This document shows, piece by piece, positions 38,236 to 46,859 of a stretch of DNA of 64,000 bases. The stretch comes from Marispirochaeta sp. (GTDB lineage Bacteria > Spirochaetota > Spirochaetia > JC444 > Marispirochaetaceae). Under the pieces are notes generated by a model. The model saw only the letters and a list, made by a program, of their open reading frames with translations, did no database searches and was not told the DNA's origin. Made by a program: the position numbers and the translations under genes. Position 1 is the stretch's first letter; the number at the start of each line of letters is the position of its first letter. The DNA lies in the NCBI GenBank assembly GCA_963676835.2, contig CAXXFF010000002.1, positions 480,001 through 544,000 of the forward strand. The letters run 5' to 3'.

Positions 38236-39152
38236 ATCCCTTTCTGCCCTTACTCATAATTTTTATAATTTTTGTTCTGGTCATCGTGGTAAACCTGCTG
38301 CGCAGCATTCGAATCGTACCTTCCCGCTCTGCCCTGGTGGTGGAAAGGCTGGGAAAATATGCCAAAACTCTGGAAGCGGGATTTCATGTAATGATCCCCT
38401 TCATTGACAAGGTCCGGTACAAACACAACCTCAAGGAAATTGCCGTCGACGTACCAGCCCAGGAGTGCTTCACCCAGGACAATGTGAAAATCCAGGTGGA
38501 CGGCGTTCTCTATCTGCAGGTGGTTGATCCCCGGCTGGCAAGCTACGGAATCGATAATTACCGTTATGCCACCATTCAGCTTGCCCAGACAACCATGCGT
38601 TCTGTGATCGGCCGCCTGGAGCTGGATAAAACCTTCGAGGAACGGGACCAGATTAATGCCCAGGTAGTTAAGGCCGTTGACGAGGCCTCCGACCCCTGGG
38701 GAGTTAAGGTTTCCCGCTATGAGATTCAGAATATCAGCGTACCCAAACCGATTCTGCAGTCCATGGAAATTCAGATGAAGGCGGAGCGGGAAAAACGGGC
38801 GGCCATTGCACGCAGCCTGGGAGAGATGGAATCCCAGATAAATGTCTCCACCGCGGCCATGGAAGAGGCTATCAACAAGAGTCAGGGAGAAAAAGAGCGG
38901 CGTATTAATGAGGCGGAAGGAAAAGCCGCGGAAATTCTTGCCGTAGCCAGGGCAACTGCCACCAGTATCAAGGCTGTCGCCAAATCCCTGGAAACTCCCG
39001 GAGGCGAAGAGGCCATGACATTGCAGATTAAAGAGCAGTATATCAACGAGCTCAGCAAGTTGGGCAAACCCGGAACGCAGCTTGTACTTGGAGCGGACCT
39101 CTCAGATATGGAGAGCGTCCTGAAAAACCTGGACAGCCTGCTGAAAACCTGA
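38232..39152 (+). CDS. SPFH/stomatin-like protein 2
   Basis: same motifs; ATGA overlap with paralog 1. Confidence 0.92.
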   Translation: MNPFLPLLIIFIIFVLVIVVNLLRSIRIVPSRSALVVERLGKYAKTLEAGFHVMIPFIDKVRYKHNLKEIAVDVPAQECFTQDNVKIQVDGVLYLQVVDPRLASYGIDNYRYATIQLAQTTMRSVIGRLELDKTFEERDQINAQVVKAVDEASDPWGVKVSRYEIQNISVPKPILQSMEIQMKAEREKRAAIARSLGEMESQINVSTAAMEEAINKSQGEKERRINEAEGKAAEILAVARATATSIKAVAKSLETPGGEEAMTLQIKEQYINELSKLGKPGTQLVLGADLSDMESVLKNLDSLLKT

Positions 39153-39174
39153 TTCTTTCTTTTACCGATTCTAA

Positions 39175-39208
39175 CCCCGCCTGAGGATTTTCCCCGGCGG
39201 GGCTTTTT
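39175..39208 (+). terminator. rho-independent terminator
   Basis: CCCCGCC...GGCGGGG followed by CTTTTT. Confidence 0.7.
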
Positions 39209-39269
39209 ATATCCGGCTCTTCAATCCCACATAACGCCGATTTTCCGGGGAGGCCGGTTGTATTTCGCC

Positions 39270-40301
39270 TTAACGGGATTTACGTCGTTTTTCCCAATTT
39301 GATGGATTATTCACGATATATTTCCGGATACGGTTTAAATCATTTTCATTACGAACAATATGATCATAAAACCGCGGTTGCCATTTAAAGGGAATGTTGT
39401 TTTTCCTCGCATATTTTGTAACACCGATTTTAAACCCCCGGATGATTGATGCAATATTTCTTGATTGGGGCCCGAATTGGGATCGCCCGGTTTCCGGCGG
39501 TGATGTTGCCCCATGTGGTACATTCAAATGTTCCCCGCATGTACCGCATGGAATTGGGAAATCCGGATCGCCGGTTGCCGTATTCGGGTGGTCCGGATGG
39601 TCCGGGTGGTCCGGATGGTCACGGTGGTCCGGATGGTCACGGTGGTCCGGATGGTCACGGTGGTCCGGATGGTCACGGTGGTCCGGATGGTCACGGTGGT
39701 CCGGGTGGTCACGGTGGTCCGGGTGGTCACGGTGGTCCGGGTGGTCACGGTGGTCCGGATGGTCACGGTGGTCCGGGTGGTCACGGTGGTCCGGGTGATC
39801 ACGGTGGTCCGGATGGTCACGGTGGTCCGGGTGGTCACGGTGGTCCGGGTGGTCACGGTGGTCCGGGTGGTCACGGTGGTCCGGGTGGTCACGGTGGTCC
39901 GGGTGGTCACGGTGGTCCGGGTGGTCACGGTGGTCCGGATGGTCACGGTGGTCCGGATGGTCACGGTGGTCCGGATGGAGAGACGCAAGATCTTGCGTCT
40001 CTCCACGTTCCCCACGTTCCATCCCCACCGGTTTATCAATTACAATAATGCCGTGCACATGATCCGGCATGATTACAAATTCATCCAATTTTACAAATGG
40101 AAAATGGCGGGGAATTTCACGCCAACAATTTTGCGCAATAATTCCGAGGTTTGATAAAACCATTTTTTTGTTTATTACATTCCCGAAAACCCATTTTCGG
40201 TCATGCACACAAATCGTAATATAATATCCCCCGTTCGAAGAATAATCCCATCCCGGCAATCGCGAGGATTCAATACGGTATTTGTTTCGATAGAGGGTCA
40301 G
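39270..40301 (-). CDS. REP-associated tyrosine transposase (RAYT; IS200/Y1 superfamily) with in-frame His-rich repeat insertion
   Basis: RLPGWDYS..G.Y.ITIC, VIMPDHVHGII (HUH), SIIRGFK, WQPRFYDHIVR, RKYIVNNP..W (catalytic Tyr); probable CTG start at 40301 behind GGAGG. Confidence 0.88.
   Translation of the reverse strand: MTLYRNKYRIESSRLPGWDYSSNGGYYITICVHDRKWVFGNVINKKMVLSNLGIIAQNCWREIPRHFPFVKLDEFVIMPDHVHGIIVIDKPVGMERGERGETQDLASLHPDHRDHPDHRDHPDHRDHPDHRDHPDHRDHPDHRDHPDHRDHPDHRDHPDHRDHPDHRDHPDHRDHPDHRDHPDHRDHPDHRDHPDHRDHPDHRDHPDHRDHPDHRDHPDHRDHPDHRDHPDHPDHPDHPNTATGDPDFPIPCGTCGEHLNVPHGATSPPETGRSQFGPQSRNIASIIRGFKIGVTKYARKNNIPFKWQPRFYDHIVRNENDLNRIRKYIVNNPSNWEKRRKSR
39511..39551. repeat. inverted repeat inside RAYT gene
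   Basis: CCATGTGGTACAT-N15-ATGTACCGCATGG, one mismatch. Confidence 0.7.
39585..39977 (-). repeat. tandem repeat: 20 x 18 bp (GACCACCGTGACCAYCCG) plus 3 x 9 bp, encoding (DHRDHP)20(DHP)3
   Basis: read directly from sequence; 393 bp, in frame, no spacers. Confidence 0.97.
39976..40005. repeat. perfect 30-bp palindrome, REP-like
   Basis: TGGAGAGACGCAAGA|TCTTGCGTCTCTCCA; encodes GETQDLASL. Confidence 0.9.
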
Positions 40302-40413
40302 AATCTGCCTCCGCAAGGTCTTCTTAAATTCGGAATATTCCGTCTTTTCGAAAGGTCCGGGTGGCGACAAAATCACGTGAAATCAACAAAAGCGGAAACC
40401 TTCCCGGGCCGGG

Positions 40414-41541
40414 TTATTTTTTACCCCTTAATATTACATACCGTCCGTTATCCGCGATGATTTCAATATTGCCGAAAATTCTTTGAATACGCCGGTGATA
40501 GCCCAGGTGCGTGTTGGCCACAATCTGCAGCTCCCCGCCGGGTTTCAGCTTCTCATGGGAATCATCTATAAGAGAGAAGGCAGTATCAAGACTGGTTGCC
40601 CGTCCCTGATGAAAGGGAGGATTGGACAAGACAAGATCCAGGGAAGCCGGTTCAATTATATTCAGAGACATTCCATGGACAGCGCTTACCCGGCATTCCA
40701 GACCATTACGGCGGATATTCTCTTCGGCAGATGCCACCGCCGCGGCTGAATCATCAATCATGGTTACCCGGGAATCGCTCAAATGGAGAGCCGCACGAAT
40801 GCCGAGGATTCCATTACCGCAGCCGAAATCCGCAATCTGCCTCCACGATTCATCAAGCTTAAGGTGGTCAAGAAAAAACCGGGTCCCCGGATCCTGACGG
40901 TGCCGGGAAAATACACCGGGAAGATTGATCAGCGGCTCAGGAATCCCATCCACAAGATAGGCAGCTTCCTTTTCGTTCGGAAGATCTGTTTTATCATGGT
41001 CGGGGGTACAGAAAATAAGCCGTGCCTTCTTTCGTGCCAGACTGCTTGTGGTCGTTCCCAGAATCTTCTCGAAACAGGCGATGGTTGAGGTATGGATATG
41101 ACGGGTCATGCCGGCACCGATGACAATTGCCGAACTGTCTGCAAAGCGGCGTACCAGACGCAGCTGATGTTCCAGCAGATCAAGGCTGTCCGGAATTTTT
41201 ATAAGCACCTGCGATACCGGATGAACCGGTGCGCTGTTATCCGCAAATATTGATCCGTCTGCCTGAAATCCATTCAATTCCAGATTTTTGAGAATTCCCT
41301 GCCGGGAGGTAAAGGAATCTGTATACACGGTCACAGGAGAGGCAAAGAGCGGCACAGCCAGCCCTCCCCGTTTATCATTGAATACAGCCAGCCCGTCAAT
41401 ATTCGGCCCGCTGTTTTCATGGAGATAAGCCAGAATATACTCATCGGCAGAATCCCAGGCCCGAAGAGCCCCTGAAACATCTTCGCTGTGAAGCCCCAAA
41501 ATTACTGTTCCATAGGGGTTTGTAAAATTAGTTTCAGCCAT
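40414..41541 (-). CDS. rlmG: 23S rRNA m2G1835 methyltransferase-like (RlmG/RsmC family)
   Basis: LRAWDSADEY, PGVFS...D.GTRF, DFGCGNG, NPPFH, L.PGGEL..VAN.HL.Y. Confidence 0.8.
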   Translation of the reverse strand: MAETNFTNPYGTVILGLHSEDVSGALRAWDSADEYILAYLHENSGPNIDGLAVFNDKRGGLAVPLFASPVTVYTDSFTSRQGILKNLELNGFQADGSIFADNSAPVHPVSQVLIKIPDSLDLLEHQLRLVRRFADSSAIVIGAGMTRHIHTSTIACFEKILGTTTSSLARKKARLIFCTPDHDKTDLPNEKEAAYLVDGIPEPLINLPGVFSRHRQDPGTRFFLDHLKLDESWRQIADFGCGNGILGIRAALHLSDSRVTMIDDSAAAVASAEENIRRNGLECRVSAVHGMSLNIIEPASLDLVLSNPPFHQGRATSLDTAFSLIDDSHEKLKPGGELQIVANTHLGYHRRIQRIFGNIEIIADNGRYVILRGKK

Positions 41542-41914
41542 AGTGGCTCCAGATCGCCGCCATTGTTAACACCACAGCAGACAGCCAGATAGTTACAATA
41601 ATAATCGCTCCCTTTTTATTTTTCGGCAGATTACCGGAAGGCGCCAGTGTTGCTTCATCCTTCGCCCTTGAGAGAATTTCAACTGGGATTAGCTTAAAAC
41701 TTATCCATATAAGCACAGGTAATATAATCAGATCATCAAGATATCCAAGAAGTGGTATAAAATCGGGAATTAAATCAATTGGACTCAATGCATATCCTAA
41801 AGTTAGCACCAGCTTAATCCAGGCAAAAAGAGGAAGCTTCGGATTTTTATGGGCAAAATAGAGCACCCGCACCTGCTGTCTGATTCGAAATATCACCCTC
41901 TGAAAAAACTTCAT
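41534..41914 (-). CDS. YkvA/DUF1232-family membrane protein
   Basis: YALSPIDLIPDFIPLLGYLDD. Confidence 0.93.
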   Translation of the reverse strand: MKFFQRVIFRIRQQVRVLYFAHKNPKLPLFAWIKLVLTLGYALSPIDLIPDFIPLLGYLDDLIILPVLIWISFKLIPVEILSRAKDEATLAPSGNLPKNKKGAIIIVTIWLSAVVLTMAAIWSHYG

Positions 41915-42078
41915 ACTGCTTAATCTTTATTGAGAGAATCTTGCTCTGTCAATGAGGATTCCTATAAGGAAGGATATACAACAAACACCCCAGATATAAA
42001 AAAATCTTCTTTTGTTAAACAATTATTTTTATACTACTGATTTCACATAAATTAACAAACTATCACAACAATACAAAA

Positions 42079-42092
42079 TGTAAGCGTTTAGA
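42079..42092. promoter_or_regulatory. candidate LacI-family operator upstream of transketolase
   Basis: TGTAAGCGTTTAGA resembles TGTAAGCGCTTACA; promoter TTGACC(42235)-N17-TATATT(42258) downstream. Confidence 0.35.
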
Positions 42093-42297
42093 TTATTTTT
42101 GTTGTACTTTATTATCAACTCAAGAGCCGAAAATATAGCACTTAAAAATGCTTCAGCGTACTTAACAAGCCAATATTTTAATTAAAGAATTCCACGTAAA
42201 TATCGATACAGAAATACTTTATTCCGTTTCAATATTGACCTGCTATAGCACTTTCCGTATATTTTGCCCACTAATTCAGGAAATGGAGATGTATACA

Positions 42298-44652
42298 ATG
42301 AAACAAAACCCCGTATCCGGTGTAGAAAACAAAATTGATCTATTAAAGAAAAATTTTGCCCACTGGGAAAAAACCAAGGATCTGATCGATCAGTATATCG
42401 ACATCATTCTTAATTACAGACAAAGCGGGCATCCGGGTGGTTCCCGGTCAAAGGTCCACGCTTTTCTGGTTACTCTCCTCGGCGGTGTAATGAAGTGGGA
42501 CATTCGTGATCCCGGCAAGAAATTCAGCGACCGCTTTGTCCTCGGTGCAGGGCATACCATCCCCATGGTGTATGCAACCCTGGCAGTGTTAAACGAAGCC
42601 ATGAGGCTGAAATATGAGCAAACCGGCGATGCCCGGTATAAGAGTGCGCAACCCGTAGAACGGGTCCTCTACTGGGAGGATCTGCTTGGATTCCGTAATC
42701 AGGGCGGCCTGTCCGGACATGCGGAAAGCTCGGGAAAGACTCTTTTTCTTAAGTTCAACACCGGACCTTCCGGCCACGGAAGCCCCGCGGCAGCCGGCGA
42801 AGCCCTGGCACTGAAACGGGCCGGCGCCGGCCAGGTTAAGGTATTCCTCTTTGAAGGAGAAGGCGGACTCACCCCGGGAGCTACCCACGAAACAGCCAAC
42901 TCCGCCTACGGTCTGGCTCTGGACAACCTTCACTTTGTGGTTGACTGGAACGATTACGGAATCGACGGACACAAAGCAAGCGATGTAGTCTACGGTACCC
43001 CGGAAGACTGGTTTGCTCCCCACGGCTGGCAGGTTTTCGGCACTGAAAACGGCAGCGAATGGGAGGGAGTAACCCGGGCGTTCTGGAGCATGCTCCTGGT
43101 AGACAACCCCAACAGGGTTCCCAGTGCCGTTTGGGTAAAAACCCGTAAGGGCCGGGAGTATCTCAAATACGACAATGACTCCCATGGTGCACCCCATGCA
43201 ATGAACAGCGATCTGTACTGGCAGACTAAAAAGAGCTTTGCAGAGAAGTACAATGCCTCTTTCGTAAATGTTGACGGCCCGGCACCTGCAGGCGATGCCC
43301 TGAAAAAGGAATTTGAAGCAAACCTTAAGGCTGTTGCAGATGTTCTCAAACAGGACCAGGCGCTGATTGATTATCTCGCGGATACCCTGGTCGAGATCGG
43401 AGACAGTGTTCCCGCGTCCATCGCAGGCTTCCAGCTCGGCTCAAAGGGAAACCCCTTCGAAGACAAACGCCTCTACGACTACAAAAATTACCCCGAGGAT
43501 ATGTGGGTAAAACCCGGCCAGAAAGCCCCCAACCGGGCCGCCCTGGCAAAATGGGGAGCCTGGGTTAACAGCTTCGGAGCCAAAGAATACAACCGGCCCC
43601 TCTTCCTCGCTGCCTCCGCAGACCTTTCTGGCTCTACCAACCTGAACGGTTTTGCCCAGGGCTACGGCGATTTCAAGGGATACGGCTGGTACGAAAGGGT
43701 CGGGGATAAAGACGGTGTTCTTCTGCCCCAGGAAATAACCGAGTTTACCAACATGGGTATTCTTACCGGAATGGCAGCGGTTAACTTCGCCGACAATCAG
43801 GAAACCGGATTCGACGGCTTCTGGGGAGCAACCTCTACTTATGGTTCCTTCTCATACCTGAAATACGGCCCCATGCGCCTCTTCAGCCAGCTGGCTCAGG
43901 ATTCAGAGTTTAAGACCGGAAAAATCATCTGGATCGCCGGACATTCCGGACCGGAAACAGCGGACGACTCCCGTACCCACTTCGGAATTTTCTCTCCTGC
44001 AGTAACCCAGCTCTTCCCCGAAGGGCATGCAATAAATCTGCATCCATGGGAGTACAATGAAGTCCCGGTTATGCTGGCAGCAGCTCTGCAGCTGGATGAA
44101 CCAATTATCGCCCTGCACCTTACCCGCCCGCCGGTGGAAATACCCGACCGGGCCGCCCTGGGAATGGCATCCCACTTCGACGCCGCAAGGGGTGCATATA
44201 TAGTACGAAACTACAAAGAAGGCAAACCCAAAATGGGTACCGTCATAGTTCAGGGAACCAGTGCCATGGAAGGAATAATCAAGGTGCTTCCCGAACTGGA
44301 CAAAGCAGACCTGAACGTAAAGATTGTATGTGCCGCAAGTGCAGAGCTCTTCGCAAAGCAGCCGGACAGTTACAAAAACGAGATTCTTTCTGCCGGGGAC
44401 CGGGTAAACTCCATGGTGGTAACCACCGCAGGGCGTATAACCATGCACAGCTGGCTTTTTAACCGTATTGCCGAGGAATACACCCTTTCTCCCGACTGGG
44501 ACAACAACTGGCGAACCGGCGGTAATCTTGAGGAAGTCCTTGATGAATCCCGCCTATCCCCGGAGTGGATTTTCAAGGGTATCGAAAAATTTGCAGCAGA
44601 CAGGGATGCACGTCTCGGTCGATTGCAAAAAGAACTGGAACAGGTAAAATAA
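42298..44652 (+). CDS. tkt: transketolase, long divergent type
   Basis: SGHPGG, DRFVLGAGH, GH, TGP.GHG, GEGG..N ThDP motif, SADL..S, GHSG....DS.TH; start 42298 (or 42289). Confidence 0.82.
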   Translation: MKQNPVSGVENKIDLLKKNFAHWEKTKDLIDQYIDIILNYRQSGHPGGSRSKVHAFLVTLLGGVMKWDIRDPGKKFSDRFVLGAGHTIPMVYATLAVLNEAMRLKYEQTGDARYKSAQPVERVLYWEDLLGFRNQGGLSGHAESSGKTLFLKFNTGPSGHGSPAAAGEALALKRAGAGQVKVFLFEGEGGLTPGATHETANSAYGLALDNLHFVVDWNDYGIDGHKASDVVYGTPEDWFAPHGWQVFGTENGSEWEGVTRAFWSMLLVDNPNRVPSAVWVKTRKGREYLKYDNDSHGAPHAMNSDLYWQTKKSFAEKYNASFVNVDGPAPAGDALKKEFEANLKAVADVLKQDQALIDYLADTLVEIGDSVPASIAGFQLGSKGNPFEDKRLYDYKNYPEDMWVKPGQKAPNRAALAKWGAWVNSFGAKEYNRPLFLAASADLSGSTNLNGFAQGYGDFKGYGWYERVGDKDGVLLPQEITEFTNMGILTGMAAVNFADNQETGFDGFWGATSTYGSFSYLKYGPMRLFSQLAQDSEFKTGKIIWIAGHSGPETADDSRTHFGIFSPAVTQLFPEGHAINLHPWEYNEVPVMLAAALQLDEPIIALHLTRPPVEIPDRAALGMASHFDAARGAYIVRNYKEGKPKMGTVIVQGTSAMEGIIKVLPELDKADLNVKIVCAASAELFAKQPDSYKNEILSAGDRVNSMVVTTAGRITMHSWLFNRIAEEYTLSPDWDNNWRTGGNLEEVLDESRLSPEWIFKGIEKFAADRDARLGRLQKELEQVK

Positions 44653-44680
44653 AGCCTGATAATTCTACTGGAGGTATTTA

Positions 44681-45595
44681 ATGACTGAATCACTTCACGC
44701 CTATATGCGCGTAGGCCTTATACACTTTATGGCATTCCCCGAAGCCGGCAGCGGCCAGGGGGCCATAGACGAAACAATTAAGAAGATTGCCGCCGATGAC
44801 TACTTCGACGCAATAGAGATTACCTGGATCAAGGATGCAGAGGTACGTAAACGGGCTAAAGCCCTGCTGGACTCCTCGCTGATGTCCGTAGCCTTCGGCG
44901 CTCAGCCCATGCTGCTCTCCCAGAAACAGAATATCAACAGCCTTGATGCCGGAGAACGTCAGAAAGCCATTGATACCCTCAAGGCTGCTGTAGATGAAGC
45001 CTATGAAATGGGAGCCCAGGGTATGGCATTTCTCAGCGGAAAATGGGAAGAGGCCACTAAAGAAGAGGCTTTCAAGGTTCTGGTGGACGCTACCAAAGAA
45101 ATCTGTGCCTACGCGAAATCCAAGGGAGACCTGAGGGTTGTACTGGAAGTCTTCGATTACGATGTGGACAAATCCAGCCTTATCGGTCCTGCAGCCCTGG
45201 CTGCCCGCTATGCCGAAGAGGTACGCAAGGAATATGACAATTTCGGCCTTATGGTCGACCTCAGTCACATTCCTCTCACCAGAGAATCCGCAAAGGAGGC
45301 CCTGCTTCCGGTAAAAGACTATCTGGTACATGCCCATATCGGAAACTGCGTTGTACAGGATCCTTCAATGGATCAGTACGGCGACCAGCATCCCCGTTTC
45401 CGCTACCCCAACAGCGAAAACGACATTCCCGAAGTGGCAGAATTTCTGCAGGTTCTGAAGGATATGGGATTTCTGAATACGGAAAAACCGCCGATTCTCA
45501 GCTTTGAGGTTAAACCCACTCCGGGCGAAGATCCCGAGGTAGTTATCGCAGGATCCAAGCGGGTTCTCAACCGCGCCTGGACCCTGGTGAAATAG
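44681..45595 (+). CDS. sugar-phosphate isomerase/epimerase (xylose-isomerase-like TIM barrel)
   Basis: metal ligands LE, DLSH, HAHIG, SFEVKP; follows tkt. Confidence 0.82.
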   Translation: MTESLHAYMRVGLIHFMAFPEAGSGQGAIDETIKKIAADDYFDAIEITWIKDAEVRKRAKALLDSSLMSVAFGAQPMLLSQKQNINSLDAGERQKAIDTLKAAVDEAYEMGAQGMAFLSGKWEEATKEEAFKVLVDATKEICAYAKSKGDLRVVLEVFDYDVDKSSLIGPAALAARYAEEVRKEYDNFGLMVDLSHIPLTRESAKEALLPVKDYLVHAHIGNCVVQDPSMDQYGDQHPRFRYPNSENDIPEVAEFLQVLKDMGFLNTEKPPILSFEVKPTPGEDPEVVIAGSKRVLNRAWTLVK

Positions 45596-45620
45596 CTCTC
45601 ACCTGGGTTAACGCATGTAC

Positions 45621-45647
45621 ACCGGCAGCACCGCTGCCGGTTTTTTT
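45621..45647 (+). terminator. rho-independent terminator
   Basis: ACCGGCAGC-ACC-GCTGCCGGT followed by T-run. Confidence 0.8.
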
Positions 45648-45662
45648 CAGACGGTTTTTATG

Positions 45663-46859
45663 CTAATTTCTACCCGGAACAGGCCCGAAGGCTTTTGCCC
45701 GCTGGATCAGTTTCCTGATGCGGTTAAAATCAGCATCCGGAGGAACTGTGTCTGCAATTGAAATAATAAATCTATTACCATCACCGACGGCATCGAAGAA
45801 ATCGTCAAGATATGCATCATACTCTTTCTCTGAATAAGATCCCGGCAGCATCATAAGGGAGGGAATACCACCCCAGATACCAACCCTGCCATCAAAGGTT
45901 TCCCGTGTCTCTCGTACGGAGAGAGTCGTCATCGGCGCAGGACATAAGGACTCGGCCATATCCACCTCACAGGCGAGATACTCTTCCAGAAGCCCGCCAT
46001 TTTCACCATCGGTGTGTGTGGTAAGTATTTTGCCCTTCTCATGCAGCTTCCGCGACCGCTCACGAAGATGCGGGGTAATATGTTCTTTGAAAAAGGGGGG
46101 ATTCTGCATCATCGAATCATAGTTTCCCCCCATCCGGTACACATCAACGGGAGCTTCAAGCATAATGTCAAAAATCTTATCCTCCATACAGCCGATGGCC
46201 CAGGTAAGATTCTCAAGCTCTTCTGCATGGTCAAACATTTCAAAGAAAAACTGTTCGAACCCCATAAGCTGTTTCTGAATATAGTGCATTGGAGACGCAG
46301 TTGAGGTAATCCAGCCGATTGGCAGGCCCCGGTTACCGGCCATGCCCTCCATTCGGGCAATTCTGTCATACCGGGGTTTGACAACTGCAGACTCAAAGAT
46401 ATAACAGAGAGACCGGTAATCTGCCGCAGATTTAAACGCCTTTTCGGAAATGTGGCTTACAGTAACACCATCCTGCGCCATTTTTTCAGAATAGAGGCTC
46501 CTGGTGGTAATAATTCCATAAGGGGTATGGTACTCGGTAACCAGCTCATCCCCGTCCGAAAAAATGCGGACATCCATGTCAAAGTCCAGGGTGTAGAAAA
46601 TATCTGCACACTGAAACAGTCCTAGTGCCCGAAATGCTTCCTCCTCAGGACGTTCAAGCGCCCTGAAATCCGGTATTGTTGTATTGTAGCCAATATCGAG
46701 ACTCTCAATTATCTGAAACAGTGTGGCGCTCCGGTATTCCCGGGGAAGGGTTCCATTCCGTTTGTTTGCATTGTACCAGAGGTCCAGCCGCGGACATATC
46801 GGCAGTTCGTCCGAAGCTCCACCGGTCAGCCCGGCATAAATACGTTCCCTGTAATTCAT
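45663..46859 (-). CDS. uroporphyrinogen-decarboxylase-family (MtaA/CmuA fold) protein
   Basis: MNYRERI, TPYG, FFFEMFD..E, HTDG, IWGGIP, ADTVPP. Confidence 0.8.
   Translation of the reverse strand: MNYRERIYAGLTGGASDELPICPRLDLWYNANKRNGTLPREYRSATLFQIIESLDIGYNTTIPDFRALERPEEEAFRALGLFQCADIFYTLDFDMDVRIFSDGDELVTEYHTPYGIITTRSLYSEKMAQDGVTVSHISEKAFKSAADYRSLCYIFESAVVKPRYDRIARMEGMAGNRGLPIGWITSTASPMHYIQKQLMGFEQFFFEMFDHAEELENLTWAIGCMEDKIFDIMLEAPVDVYRMGGNYDSMMQNPPFFKEHITPHLRERSRKLHEKGKILTTHTDGENGGLLEEYLACEVDMAESLCPAPMTTLSVRETRETFDGRVGIWGGIPSLMMLPGSYSEKEYDAYLDDFFDAVGDGNRFIISIADTVPPDADFNRIRKLIQRAKAFGPVPGRN

Noticed and set aside
39585..39977. CRISPR array
   Set aside because: Units are head-to-tail with no unique spacers, and there are no cas genes; it is a coding tandem repeat.
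39394..40154. Gly-rich (GGPGGH)n, (VVRMVT)n, (WSGWSR)n and (TTVTTR)n ORFs
   Set aside because: These are alternative frames of a stop-free repeat. Only the RAYT frame has conserved flanking motifs and synonymous-only variants.
39209..40413. Extragenic REP/REPIN copies flanking the RAYT
   Set aside because: No repeat of the internal palindrome was found in the short flanks; the hairpin at 39175 fits a terminator of the SPFH operon.
41915..42234. ncRNA or riboswitch in the AT-rich intergenic region
   Set aside because: No recognisable conserved structure by eye, and consistent with divergent promoters; an Rfam scan would be needed to exclude one.
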